A stretch of 64,000 bases of DNA from a virus: the IMG/VR virus record IMGVR_UViG_3300035204_001773, positions 1 through 64,000 of that record; one strand, 5' to 3'. This document shows positions 1-8,971 of the stretch, one piece after another (positions within the stretch are counted from its first letter, which is position 1; every line of letters begins with the position of its first letter). The position numbers were made by a program, and so were the translations under genes. Below the pieces are notes generated by a model. That model had not been told where the DNA came from. It worked only from the letters and a program-made list of their open reading frames with translations, and ran no database searches.

Positions 1-117
1 ACCGTCTCCAAAATCTATGTCCCACGTTCCTGCGTATTTGTACCCAAGACAGTCTTCTAAAAATTTGGTTGTTTTTTCTCTGTCTTTTACTCTATATGCT
101 ATATGGTCTAATCTCAT
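1..117 (-). CDS. VOC/glyoxalase-family protein, N-terminus (runs off window)
   Basis: Hand translation MRLDHIAYRVKDREKTTKFLEDCLGY...; the xLDHIAxxVxD...F...LG pattern is the VOC first beta-alpha motif. Not in the ORF track. Confidence 0.7.
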   Translation of the reverse strand, partial: MRLDHIAYRVKDREKTTKFLEDCLGYKYAGTWDIDFGDG

Positions 118-133
118 AATATATAATGCTCCT

Positions 134-523
134 TTATTTGTGTTTACTTAAAGATTTTATATAAGCCATTATTGCCTTTCTCTCATCATTTGTTGTCGGT
201 AATGGAGCCATTCCCGGTAGCGTTCCTTTAACAATTTTGGCAAAAGGTTTTTCTATTGACTCTAAGAAATACTCTTCATCTAAAACAACCTCTTTAATGG
301 GTCCGCCTATACCAATGTGGACCTCTCTTTTCTTTCCCCAAAAATCACCCATAAATTTGGGAGACTTTAATGCGTCACCCGCTGGGCATGGCACACTCTC
401 TTCTGTCTGATGGCACAAAGAGCAACTCTTGCTAATAAAAAGCTCTTTGCCTTTTTTAATGTTGTCGTCTGCTTGAGCAAGGCTAACAAACGCTAATAAT
501 AAAATTGGTAATGCTATATTCAT
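134..523 (-). CDS. Class I c-type cytochrome, secreted
   Basis: Signal peptide, GKELF..KSCSLCH (CxxCH), distal Met in GMAPLP, C-terminal AIMAYIKSL helix. Confidence 0.9.
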   Translation of the reverse strand: MNIALPILLLAFVSLAQADDNIKKGKELFISKSCSLCHQTEESVPCPAGDALKSPKFMGDFWGKKREVHIGIGGPIKEVVLDEEYFLESIEKPFAKIVKGTLPGMAPLPTTNDERKAIMAYIKSLSKHK

Positions 524-655
524 TTATCCCCCTTTCTTCTTTCTTTTTGTCTTTTTTCTTTCCCGCTTTTTTCTTTGTCTCTCTTTTCTTTTTTCTTCGG
601 GGGTTGACTTGGGGTCCTTTTTTTTCTCTTTTTTTCTTTTTTCTTTATTTGCCAT
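524..655 (-). CDS. 43-aa very basic small protein
   Basis: Hand translation MANKEKRKKEKKKDPKSTPEEKRKERQRKKRERKKTKRKKKGG; exactly fills the gap between neighbours. Confidence 0.7.
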   Translation of the reverse strand: MANKEKRKKEKKKDPKSTPEEKRKERQRKKRERKKTKRKKKGG

Positions 656-657
656 AA

Positions 658-840
658 TTATTCTCCTCCGTAACTTTTGTGTTCGTGCACTTCCCAGTTA
701 TCTAAAATCACCTTGGCTAACCAAAGTTGGAATGGAATAGCTGCAAATCCCAACGTGCATACGATTGCAATCATCCAGAGAGCAATCTTTCCATAATAAT
801 CACTAAGTCTAATATTTAATCTTGATTTATATCTTTTCAT
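658..840 (-). CDS. Small membrane protein
   Basis: One TM segment; ATGA-coupled to the upstream gene. Confidence 0.65.
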   Translation of the reverse strand: MKRYKSRLNIRLSDYYGKIALWMIAIVCTLGFAAIPFQLWLAKVILDNWEVHEHKSYGGE

Positions 841-1031
841 TTTTTATTCTCTGTTATCCAGTGGTAAAGTGTGCTGCTACCGTGTCCATACCCGTGGGGT
901 AACGGGCGATAATCTTTTGTTTGTATTTCTGGTGGCTTACCCCAGCTTCTCGGAAAAGCCTTTCCATTGGGGCTACGGTATACTTTGCAGCCCGCTAATG
1001 TTATTAGTAATAATAAAATAATTAATTTCAT
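837..1031 (-). CDS. Small lipoprotein
   Basis: Lipobox LAGC after a hydrophobic leader. Confidence 0.7.
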   Translation of the reverse strand: MKLIILLLLITLAGCKVYRSPNGKAFPRSWGKPPEIQTKDYRPLPHGYGHGSSTLYHWITENKK

Positions 1032-1222
1032 TTGTTATATTGCGTTAATGCGAACTCGAATTGTTCTATGTCCTGCTTTAGCATCTTTTTTTCTTTGCGA
1101 GATAGTTTTCCGTAGCTTTCTATTGTGTTGTATATCTGAGCGAGTAAACTAGCAATCTCCTCTCGGTACTGTTGCTCTGGCGTCAATCGCCAGCCGCCAA
1201 AAATATCACTTTCATTAACCAT
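1028..1222 (-). CDS. Hypothetical protein
   Basis: Overlap-coupled ORF in operon. Confidence 0.6.
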   Translation of the reverse strand: MVNESDIFGGWRLTPEQQYREEIASLLAQIYNTIESYGKLSRKEKKMLKQDIEQFEFALTQYNK

Positions 1223-1344
1223 TTCTATTATTTAATTTTTCTTTTACCCACAAATAAGGTATCTCAATCATAGCTTTTAATAAATAAGCCGTGCCCCAAA
1301 AAGCAAGCAAAAACAAATCTTTAATACGTTCCAATCTACTCATA

Positions 1345-2190
1345 TTATATGATAGGCTCAGCCATCTCGCAAAATCTACATAAAATGTCATCTGAATCAT
1401 TTTTCATTGCATTTTTTATTTTAATAAATTCTTTTCCTTGAAAAAGAGACTCGTGACTATCGGTGATTAGATTTCCCAATGTGTGTTTCAAGCCATAATC
1501 CATACAGCAGAGTTGCACGTCCCCATTGGGTAGAACTATATTGTGATTTAATTTAGGCATTGGATTGCATTGTATTTTTCCCCTTACTCTGTCTACTTTA
1601 TCGACGTTGTCTAAATTACTAGCTCTAGAAATCGGCATAAAATTAGGCAGCTTACCGACCAAGTCTTGGACGTCTTGGTGTGGTTCTCCCATGCCGTCCA
1701 TTGTCATAAAATATGCCGAAGCTATATTCTTAGAGATTAAATATTTTAATATGTTTTTATATTTCTCTGTAACTTTAATAGGCATCAAACCATTCTTATC
1801 TGGTAAATGGATCGTTAGCGGACAGAGCGGAGAAAAACTGATTGAAGATAATAAATCTACATCGTCAAGGCTAGCTCCAACTAGCGTAGTATAACAACAC
1901 ACGGAATAACCTGAGGTATACGCATATTTAATCATCCTAGCGCATTCTTTATTTAAGAACGGCTCTGCGTATCCAGAGAAATCAATTCGATAAGTCTTCG
2001 GTACTTTGTCTAATATTGTTACAAAGTCATCAAACGAAAGAAAATCATTTCTCCACGAAGGAACATGAGCATTCACGTAGCTTTTTGTTAAAAGTTCCTG
2101 AGGACAAATCTTACATCCAACAGCGCACCCCCTTTTCCCGATGTTGGTCGTGAACTCTACTGTGCCCTCAAATTGTTCATTTTGACTCAT
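1345..2190 (-). CDS. Radical SAM protein with SPASM/twitch domain
   Basis: CAVGCKIC (CxxxCxxC), SGYAEPF, C-terminal NGDVQLCCMD...LGN...CRFCE. Confidence 0.9.
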   Translation of the reverse strand: MSQNEQFEGTVEFTTNIGKRGCAVGCKICPQELLTKSYVNAHVPSWRNDFLSFDDFVTILDKVPKTYRIDFSGYAEPFLNKECARMIKYAYTSGYSVCCYTTLVGASLDDVDLLSSISFSPLCPLTIHLPDKNGLMPIKVTEKYKNILKYLISKNIASAYFMTMDGMGEPHQDVQDLVGKLPNFMPISRASNLDNVDKVDRVRGKIQCNPMPKLNHNIVLPNGDVQLCCMDYGLKHTLGNLITDSHESLFQGKEFIKIKNAMKNDSDDILCRFCEMAEPII

Positions 2191-2624
2191 GATCTTAGTG
2201 TCGCAATTTTAGAGCGCAGAAGCTCCCAAGTGGTGTTGATGTCGCTATCTGTATTTAATACAAGCCTTGGATCACCGCACTCGAAGTCTTCAACGTGGTA
2301 TTCTTTTCTAAGTTCTCTTTTCGTGGTTAAAAGAATATCTACAAAATGCCCCTCATTATCCTCCTCGAGCTCTCTCCTAAATTGATTATAAGGGTTAACC
2401 AGCGTCATGACAACTGCCTCGGTGCGAGTCTTGCTTAAATACGTAGCTACAGCATTAGCCGCTCGAATATTCTTTTTTCTCCCACCAAAGCCATAGTCTC
2501 TATTAGTAAAAAATGATCTAAATTCATCTCCATCTATGTGGAAGGGGGTCATTAATGTTGCCACAAGTAACCTGCCTAGTGAGGTCTTGCCTGATCCGGG
2601 TTGACCATATAATACATAGATCAT
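2187..2624 (-). CDS. Adenylylsulfate (APS) kinase-like P-loop protein, short
   Basis: GQPGSGKT P-loop, IDGDEFR, R..NIR motif typical of CysC. Confidence 0.75.
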   Translation of the reverse strand: MIYVLYGQPGSGKTSLGRLLVATLMTPFHIDGDEFRSFFTNRDYGFGGRKKNIRAANAVATYLSKTRTEAVVMTLVNPYNQFRRELEEDNEGHFVDILLTTKRELRKEYHVEDFECGDPRLVLNTDSDINTTWELLRSKIATLRS

Positions 2625-2625
2625 T

Positions 2626-3234
2626 TTATTCTTGTAAGGGGTTTACTAAATTGGCCTGTAATTCATTTATATCTAAAATCATTCCATTTTTATCTGTAGT
2701 GAAACGGAACGCCGTCTTTTGATCCCCCGTGGCCTCAAAGACTCTCTCTTTAACTATAACTTCCTTAAAGGGTTTTATTTTTATTAATTTGATTGTGGCT
2801 TTTGTAGGTCCGTCGTCTCTTTTTGCGTATACGTGAACCGTTACTATATTTTCCCCTTCTACCACGCCCCGAAATGAAACGATCTCCTCATTAAAGGGGA
2901 CGACGACACCTTGGTCCTCTTCTTCTAAACTATTATTCCTACGTTTACCTAAGGCATCGTGGTCCAAGCTTATTAAGCTCCCTTGTCCGCCCTCTCTTCT
3001 GTTGAAAGACACGATGTGTCCCGAGGCCGCTTGAACATAAAGATCTAAATCATCTTCACTTTCACCTTCCCAAGTTAATACTACTTCATAAATTACGTTC
3101 GGTGGGCGAGATTTAATTTTTTGCTCCTCCGTCTTGAGGAGAAAAAGAATCGCCACTAGCATTAACAAGCAACAAAACAGTACGTCAATGAATGGTCTAA
3201 ATGTGAAAAATTTTCTATTCCCTTTATTTATCAT
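2626..3234 (-). CDS. ExbD/TolR/MotB-like TM anchor plus YfaP/DUF2135-like extracytoplasmic domain
   Basis: N-terminal PFIDVL TM with the conserved Asp; LTW...DDLDLYV...LDHD...NEEIV. Confidence 0.7.
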   Translation of the reverse strand: MINKGNRKFFTFRPFIDVLFCCLLMLVAILFLLKTEEQKIKSRPPNVIYEVVLTWEGESEDDLDLYVQAASGHIVSFNRREGGQGSLISLDHDALGKRRNNSLEEEDQGVVVPFNEEIVSFRGVVEGENIVTVHVYAKRDDGPTKATIKLIKIKPFKEVIVKERVFEATGDQKTAFRFTTDKNGMILDINELQANLVNPLQE

Positions 3235-3703
3235 GATAATCTAATTTACATTTTAAAATCATCAACTGAATTTGTAAAGGCAAACTGAAAACGATACCAC
3301 AAATCGTAGTATAAAAAGCCGTGTTAAGGCCAACTTTTAATCCAGAGACAATTTCACTTAAGGGCATTGTGCTATCTAAGCTCCCCTTCGTAGCAATGAC
3401 AAGACCGATTATAGTACCCAACAAACCTAGAGAAAAGAAGTGCTCCGCAGCAAACCATCCCAACTCAGCCCTCCTAGAGAGGACGAGGATTGCTTCTTGC
3501 TTTTTTTTCTCATTAATTCTATCCGCCAAATAACATAATTTTCCTATATATGCCGAAACAGAAACATACAGCATCATAATTAATATGGAAATATGTGAAA
3601 GATCATTTTTGATCACGGTTGAAACCATGCCCTTCATTTCTACCAATACCATTGCAGTGATAATTACCGCATTAACTAAAAACCATTTTGTAAAAGTCGT
3701 CAT
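3224..3703 (-). CDS. MotA/TolQ/ExbB proton-channel family protein
   Basis: LGLLGTIIGL ... GLNTAFYTTICG signature. Confidence 0.85.
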   Translation of the reverse strand: MTTFTKWFLVNAVIITAMVLVEMKGMVSTVIKNDLSHISILIMMLYVSVSAYIGKLCYLADRINEKKKQEAILVLSRRAELGWFAAEHFFSLGLLGTIIGLVIATKGSLDSTMPLSEIVSGLKVGLNTAFYTTICGIVFSLPLQIQLMILKCKLDYHDK

Positions 3704-3718
3704 AATTTTTTATTCCCT

Positions 3719-3901
3719 CTAACACCCGCCATTTTCGCTTGTTGTATCATGTTTGTCCCAAAAATCATCGTCAAAACTCCTCAAGAGAAGCTCTACTTCT
3801 TCAATAGCTTCCATCTCTACATCTTCACGTTGGACTTTACAAGTTTCTCGCAGTTCTCTTGCCATACTTAATACAATGTCTAGCGCTTCTCCTGTCAGCA
3901 T
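3719..3901 (-). CDS. Hypothetical protein
   Basis: ORF in tight operon. Confidence 0.6.
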   Translation of the reverse strand: MLTGEALDIVLSMARELRETCKVQREDVEMEAIEEVELLLRSFDDDFWDKHDTTSENGGC

Positions 3902-3904
3902 AAT

Positions 3905-4120
3905 TCACCTTTCGAAATAATCCGTATACGTGGGAAACTTAGAGTATTTACTAACCTTGGGGTAGGTTTTCGGCCTTATACAGGCGTTCATTTCCGCTTC
4001 TCTTCGTTTACAGACTTTTCTGGCTTGCCAATACTGCTTTAAATAAACATCTCCATTAAAAAGAGTATAGTAGCATATTTTTAATTTATCCACTAAAGTG
4101 ATTTTATCTGTAGGTGACAT
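3905..4120 (-). CDS. Hypothetical protein
   Basis: ORF in tight operon. Confidence 0.6.
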   Translation of the reverse strand: MSPTDKITLVDKLKICYYTLFNGDVYLKQYWQARKVCKRREAEMNACIRPKTYPKVSKYSKFPTYTDYFER

Positions 4121-4162
4121 TCGGCTATTTATAAGACTCCGATATGTCGATCATATTCTAAT

Positions 4163-4366
4163 TTATTTCACTTTATCTAACGCTTCTAACCTATCATAAG
4201 CGTCAGCTAACATGGATAAAGCTTCTTCGGCATTTTTATAAAAATCACCCGTAGAATGATCGCCAATTCCAGCAGCTTTTTCACTTAAAAGCTCTAAAGT
4301 AAGTTCTGCCTTAGCAATATCTGATTTAGCAGAAGTTTCCAACATATTGTATAATTTATTATTCAT
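4163..4366 (-). CDS. Small phage hypothetical protein
   Basis: Helical hairpin with GIGDHS motif of a kind common in large phages. Confidence 0.7.
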   Translation of the reverse strand: MNNKLYNMLETSAKSDIAKAELTLELLSEKAAGIGDHSTGDFYKNAEEALSMLADAYDRLEALDKVK

Positions 4367-4368
4367 AA

Positions 4369-5523
4369 TTAAGTATTTTTTCCAAATATCTCATTCGATT
4401 GTTGAGTTGTCCTAACAAAGGTCGCGCACTTCGGCATGTCCTTCAAATTTTTAGCTCCAATATAGGTGCAAGTTGAACGAATACCGCCGAGAATATTTTC
4501 AATTGTGTTCTTTATTAAGCCCCTGTGTTTAATTCTTACTGTCTTACCCTCTGACGAACGATAATTGGCAACGCCGCCATGATACTTATTCATGGCCGTG
4601 TCAGAGCTCATTCCGTAAAATGTTTTATACTTCTCTCCGTCTACTTCTTCCTCTTGTCCTTCTGATTCAGTATGACCTGCCAACATCCCGCCCAGCATAA
4701 CAAAATCAGCACCAGCACAAAAGGCCTTGGCCACATCGCCAGCACATACGCACCCACCGTCAGCCATAATATGCCCACCAATCCCATGAGCAGCATCCGC
4801 GCATTCAATGACTGCGCTGAGTTGAGGGTAACCGACACCAGTTTGAATACGAGTAGTACAGACAGACCCGCCGCCAATACCCACTTTAACAATATCTGCT
4901 CCACTTAGTAATATCTCCTCCGTCATTTCGCCAGTGACGACATTACCCGCAATGATAATAAGCGCGGGGTGTTCGTCTCTGACTCGTTTAATAAAATCGC
5001 AAAACCTTGATGTGTATCCGTTTGCTGCATCTATACATACGAATTGTGTATGATAAAAATTCCAAGTAAGATCACGGAGGTAATCTACATCATCGTATTC
5101 TTTTTCATTATATTTGATACCAATAGATGGAGATAGATGTTCATAAATTCTATTATGTGCGCACCTTGAGTTTGGATCATGCTTCCAAACAGTACCCTTC
5201 CTTTGCTCTGGGCTTTTGTAGACTCCATAGCCGTTTAATTTATGTAGCCATTTTTTTAAATCGTGATGCTTGTTAATACAGGTCAACATATGATAGTTGG
5301 CGAGAGCCTTAGCAGTTTCAAAAGTCCCAACAGTGTCCATATTTGAAGCTACAATTGGAACGCCTGTCCATCCGTAGGCCTCGGGGTCGGAGCCTTCGCC
5401 ACCAGCGTTCTTGAATTTAAAAGTACGCATCAAGTCAACATCCCTGCGGGAGGTAAGCTCAGAACGCTTGGGACGCAGAAGAACATCCTTATAGTCCAGC
5501 TTTATATCGGATTCGATTCGCAC
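4369..5523 (-). CDS. guaC: GMP reductase
   Basis: KLDYKDVLLRPKRS, ASNMDTVGTFE, VKVGIGGGSVCTTR, FYGMSS, YRSSEGK; GTG start. Confidence 0.95.
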   Translation of the reverse strand: MRIESDIKLDYKDVLLRPKRSELTSRRDVDLMRTFKFKNAGGEGSDPEAYGWTGVPIVASNMDTVGTFETAKALANYHMLTCINKHHDLKKWLHKLNGYGVYKSPEQRKGTVWKHDPNSRCAHNRIYEHLSPSIGIKYNEKEYDDVDYLRDLTWNFYHTQFVCIDAANGYTSRFCDFIKRVRDEHPALIIIAGNVVTGEMTEEILLSGADIVKVGIGGGSVCTTRIQTGVGYPQLSAVIECADAAHGIGGHIMADGGCVCAGDVAKAFCAGADFVMLGGMLAGHTESEGQEEEVDGEKYKTFYGMSSDTAMNKYHGGVANYRSSEGKTVRIKHRGLIKNTIENILGGIRSTCTYIGAKNLKDMPKCATFVRTTQQSNEIFGKNT

Positions 5524-5530
5524 TAAAATG

Positions 5531-5560
5531 AGTATAGCAGTTTATTTGTGGTTTTGTCAA
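5531..5560 (-). promoter_or_regulatory. Sigma70-type promoter of guaC (leaderless)
   Basis: TTGACA-18-TATACT, 7 nt before GTG. Confidence 0.8.
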
Positions 5561-5561
5561 G

Positions 5562-6170
5562 TTAAACTTTTACCACGAGTAACCCTCTGCTCAGGGGAAA
5601 TTGAATTTGCCCTTCTAGATCATAATCATCACAAACTTTTTGAAATTCATTCCAGAAAATTTTAGTATGCGGGTCTGGCTCACCGCTGGCAGGACACACT
5701 CTAACTTTTGAAGAATCATGAAAAACTGCGAACGCACCCTTCTTAAGTATTTCTCTATCCAAACAAATGCGAAACTCTTCCATTCTTATATCTAAGTTGC
5801 TGTCAAAAAACGCCAAATCAAACACGACATCAGTTTCCCTTAGGAAATCCCTTGTGTCGCCTTTTATTAACTCAACCGTTTCTTCTAATTTATTTTCATC
5901 TAACTTTTGGTTAGTCTTGTCAAAGCAGGTCGAATCAAGTTCTATGGAATAAAGTTTTCCAAAACCGTTTCTAACACAGGCTTGCCCAATATGAATTGTA
6001 CCCATTCCAGAATACGAACCAGTTTCTAAAACATTTTCGGGCTTAGTAATCCCTACTAAAGCTTGCCAAAAAGCTAAATACTCCATTTCTGTAGAGCAAG
6101 CATCCCAACAATGAAATAAGTGGGCTTTTTCCTCTTCCACATGGGGGTGCGCTAAATGCTCTGGTATCAT
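5562..6170 (-). CDS. Class I SAM methyltransferase (Methyltransf_24-like)
   Basis: VLETGSYSGMGT, FDLAFFDS, AVFHD. Confidence 0.85.
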   Translation of the reverse strand: MIPEHLAHPHVEEEKAHLFHCWDACSTEMEYLAFWQALVGITKPENVLETGSYSGMGTIHIGQACVRNGFGKLYSIELDSTCFDKTNQKLDENKLEETVELIKGDTRDFLRETDVVFDLAFFDSNLDIRMEEFRICLDREILKKGAFAVFHDSSKVRVCPASGEPDPHTKIFWNEFQKVCDDYDLEGQIQFPLSRGLLVVKV

Positions 6171-6187
6171 ATCTAATAATTTAAATT

Positions 6188-6213
6188 AAAAAAGAGTATC
6201 CCGAAGGATACTC
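6188..6213 (-). terminator. Intrinsic terminator
   Basis: GAGTATCC-TTCG-GGATACTC followed by a T-run. Confidence 0.85.
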
Positions 6214-6227
6214 ATACAAGGGAACCG

Positions 6228-6416
6228 TCACTTACAAGAGACTTTTCCTTCTTGCGCTTTACCGCGAAGGTCACGGGTAAATTGACGTTTATTAGCTGGC
6301 AGCCACCGCTTCTTATGTTGGTTAATCGTAACCTTCTCAAGAGCATTGTCCACCATCACGTCACCGTTAGACGCCACGGTCATTTCTACTTTGTATTTTT
6401 TTTCTCGTTTGCTCAT
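6228..6416 (-). CDS. Small basic hypothetical protein
   Basis: Own TTGACA promoter (6449-6454) and downstream terminator. Confidence 0.75.
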   Translation of the reverse strand: MSKREKKYKVEMTVASNGDVMVDNALEKVTINQHKKRWLPANKRQFTRDLRGKAQEGKVSCK

Positions 6417-6520
6417 ACTTTTACAAGCTTATCATAAGTATAAATCTTTGTCAAGCAAAAAAAACCTAAAATTATTACGAGAGCCAAATATATTGATGCA
6501 AGGATAAAAATCCAAAGCAT
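6413..6520 (-). CDS. 35-aa membrane peptide
   Basis: Hand translation MLWIFILASIYLALVIILGFFCLTKIYTYDKLVKV; ATGA overlap with next gene. Confidence 0.45.
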   Translation of the reverse strand: MLWIFILASIYLALVIILGFFCLTKIYTYDKLVKV

Positions 6521-6522
6521 TG

Positions 6523-7104
6523 TTATTCCCCCTTTAACTTGTTCCATATTTTACCTACTATCGTGGGCTTCTTCAGGAAAGGAAATTGCTTTTCTATATC
6601 GTCCGCTTCTTTGCATGTTCTGTAATCCCAAGTTAATTCTTCTCCTAATTCGATGGCTCTTAAGGTTTTGAAGGGGCAATACAAGGTTAAAGACGTAACC
6701 CTAGCTGGGCCGACAATTCCAAAGTCATAATCTAAGCCTACGTTTGGCTCATCAGAATGATTCATATAAAACGGAACACCAATACCATTTAAGCCAAAAT
6801 GATGCACGGGATATTTACCACTGCATTTGATAAAAAGATTTTTTATTCTTTGAGAAATTTCCTTCGGTAACTCATCTAGGTCTTCGTCGCTTAATTCTAT
6901 AATATCGCTTGCTACCGCCTTGTTTGGTATGGGGAAAGGGTTAATGTCGGCAGGAATGTCTTTAACAGCTACCACTCCTATGCCCTCTACCTCTGAAACG
7001 CCAAATGTGCAATAGCTGTCATAAGCTAAATTGTTCAACAGCTTTAGTCTTTGCGGCGTTGGGATAGATCTGATATTTCTAATGTTCATTGTTTTCCTCG
7101 TCAA
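6523..7104 (-). CDS. SET-domain protein-lysine methyltransferase
   Basis: GIGVVAVKDI, YMNHSDEPN, TLRAIELGEELTWDY. Confidence 0.9.
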   Translation of the reverse strand: MTRKTMNIRNIRSIPTPQRLKLLNNLAYDSYCTFGVSEVEGIGVVAVKDIPADINPFPIPNKAVASDIIELSDEDLDELPKEISQRIKNLFIKCSGKYPVHHFGLNGIGVPFYMNHSDEPNVGLDYDFGIVGPARVTSLTLYCPFKTLRAIELGEELTWDYRTCKEADDIEKQFPFLKKPTIVGKIWNKLKGE

Positions 7105-7327
7105 CTATTCTAGATACTTCTTCGTATTCGTTTTCGCCTCTTCGTATTAAAATTCTTAACTTGGCCCGAGCCTTATCGAGAGAGGATAGCACCTCAAGAG
7201 AATAATTTCCTGATAAAATCTCTTTCTCTAGCTCATCAATTTCGGCCAGCAACTCATCGCTTTGTTTTTCCCACCACTCAATCGTCTGCGCGATCATCTT
7301 TACGTCACCTATTTTTTTCTCACTCAT
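7079..7327 (-). CDS. Hypothetical coiled-coil protein
   Basis: ORF with leaderless TTGACA/TATAAT promoter (7334-7363). Confidence 0.7.
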   Translation of the reverse strand: MSEKKIGDVKMIAQTIEWWEKQSDELLAEIDELEKEILSGNYSLEVLSSLDKARAKLRILIRRGENEYEEVSRIVDEENNEH

Positions 7328-7359
7328 TTATGCATTATATAATATTTTTTACTTATATG

Positions 7360-7689
7360 TCAACCTAAAAGGTCATCAAATCCCAAGTTGATGTTTGGGT
7401 TATATGGAACGTGCAAAACAAAATTCGTTCTAACGTCTCGACATTGAACCCGTATCTCTGGAATGCCGGAGTCTTTACAAATACGCATTAAGACCTTAGT
7501 GAAGCAATTATGGCATAGGATCAAAGGTTTCTTTTTCTTGTTCATGTAGAAATGAAAATAAGCTATCTTCTTATTATTGTAAAGAATCTTATAATCTTTT
7601 CTGTTGTAAGATATGTTGCAGGTTTCGCAAACCAGAATCTTATCTTGCGTTTTCTTTGTGTATGGTCTTAGAACTTCGGCAAACAGCAT
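7360..7689 (-). CDS. Hypothetical Zn-binding protein
   Basis: CETC ... CHNC pairs. Confidence 0.6.
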   Translation of the reverse strand: MLFAEVLRPYTKKTQDKILVCETCNISYNRKDYKILYNNKKIAYFHFYMNKKKKPLILCHNCFTKVLMRICKDSGIPEIRVQCRDVRTNFVLHVPYNPNINLGFDDLLG

Positions 7690-7696
7690 AAGCTAC

Positions 7697-8143
7697 CTAA
7701 TATTTCTTTTTATACTTCCCAGCCTTCTTTCCTTTTTTATTTTTCTTGCTTTTTGTGCCCCAGTCTATCTCACTAAAATTATCGTCATATTTCTTCTTGT
7801 TTATATTTCCTCGAGCGCAAGACGGATTCGTCTGGTTTATGTAAATTGAATCGTAACCTCTTTTGATTATTTTAGCGTCCTGCTTGTTTCTGGGGTTCAA
7901 ACGTCTATTCGGAGCGCACCAACTACCAAAATTAGATGGTGTACCAATGCCAGCAGCTTTCCTTTTCGAGTCGTCGTACGTTTTGGAAGCCTTCGCTCCC
8001 ACGTCCTCGGGTCTTGTGGGGTTAAAAGTCGCATTGCCGCCCTCAAACTGTCTGTCGTTCATGGTGGTGTGATTTTGAGCAACAGCATTTCGCTTGTTTT
8101 TGCCCGAAACCATCTTCTTTCGAGTATTTTTTCCTTTTTTCAT
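7697..8143 (-). CDS. Basic hypothetical protein
   Basis: Lys-rich ORF ending YDDNFSEIDWG-K-rich. Confidence 0.7.
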   Translation of the reverse strand: MKKGKNTRKKMVSGKNKRNAVAQNHTTMNDRQFEGGNATFNPTRPEDVGAKASKTYDDSKRKAAGIGTPSNFGSWCAPNRRLNPRNKQDAKIIKRGYDSIYINQTNPSCARGNINKKKYDDNFSEIDWGTKSKKNKKGKKAGKYKKKY

Positions 8144-8301
8144 TTTTCAACAATATAAAGTTCTTCTGGTTCGCATTTTTTAATATATTCATTAGCCATT
8201 TTTAGCCCCTCTTCGGTGTGAGGGAAGGCTCCGTATCTATAATTTTTATCTCTACTAAGGACTAGATAATATTTCTTTTTATTCTTTTTTTTCTTTTTCA
8301 T
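8140..8301 (-). CDS. 53-aa hypothetical protein
   Basis: Hand translation MKKKKKNKKKYYLVLSRDKNYRYGAFPHTEEGLKMANEY...; ATGA overlap downstream. Confidence 0.6.
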   Translation of the reverse strand: MKKKKKNKKKYYLVLSRDKNYRYGAFPHTEEGLKMANEYIKKCEPEELYIVEK

Positions 8302-8467
8302 CATTTAAAAGTTTTTTTAATATTTTAAGATGAAAAGTCATCCAGCTTTCGCCAACCGCCTCTTCCCCTTTCCCTTCTCGTAGGGCTTTAATCTTGGACT
8401 GCATATCTTCTTCTTCTGAATGTTCTATAATTTGCAATAATAAGTATTTCGCTTTCTTATCTACCAT
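8279..8467 (-). CDS. Hypothetical protein
   Basis: ORF preceded by ATGTAA motif. Confidence 0.65.
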   Translation of the reverse strand: MVDKKAKYLLLQIIEHSEEEDMQSKIKALREGKGEEAVGESWMTFHLKILKKLLNDEKEKKE

Positions 8468-8500
8468 ATCCTATTTTACATAAAAAACATGAAAAAACAC

Positions 8501-8533
8501 AAAAAAACCCCGCCGAAATAAATCTCGGCAGGG
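8501..8533 (-). terminator. Intrinsic terminator after hsp20
   Basis: CCCTGCCGAGAT-TT-ATTTCGGCGGG hairpin followed by a T-run. Confidence 0.8.
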
Positions 8534-8597
8534 CTCAGGTGTGAACGCCTATATTCGGCCCGCAAAAGAAGGTCAGCGAGCCTAGATAAGAGACGGA

Positions 8598-8960
8598 CTA
8601 GGTGATTTCTAATTCAATGCTTTTTGCTTTTTTTTCTTTATCTACCTTTACAGACAGCAAGCCGTTTTCCATTTTGCTTGATATAGTGGAAGGATCGCAC
8701 CCGTCAGGCAAAATGAAAGAATAAGAGGCTGAGCTTTCATCTTTCTTTGCCGTAATGGAAACAACTCCATCTGCTACTCTAGCATTAATATGTTCTTTTG
8801 AGAAACCGGCAAGCGGAACCCAATATTCATAATTGTCATCATTTTCTTTATAATTTACATCGCTTCGTCTCCAAAACGAATTATCCCCTCTTGAAAATAG
8901 GCTATCCCACTCATCGAAAAGGTTCCCAACATTGTTATTGTTTAGTCTTAAAGCTAACAT
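8598..8960 (-). CDS. Small heat-shock protein (Hsp20/alpha-crystallin); start reassigned to 8960
   Basis: PLAGFSKEHI, SFILP, SKMENGLLSV, C-terminal I-x-I-like motif; sigma54 box directly upstream. Confidence 0.9.
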   Translation of the reverse strand: MLALRLNNNNVGNLFDEWDSLFSRGDNSFWRRSDVNYKENDDNYEYWVPLAGFSKEHINARVADGVVSITAKKDESSASYSFILPDGCDPSTISSKMENGLLSVKVDKEKKAKSIELEIT

Positions 8961-8971
8961 GAGTTTATACA

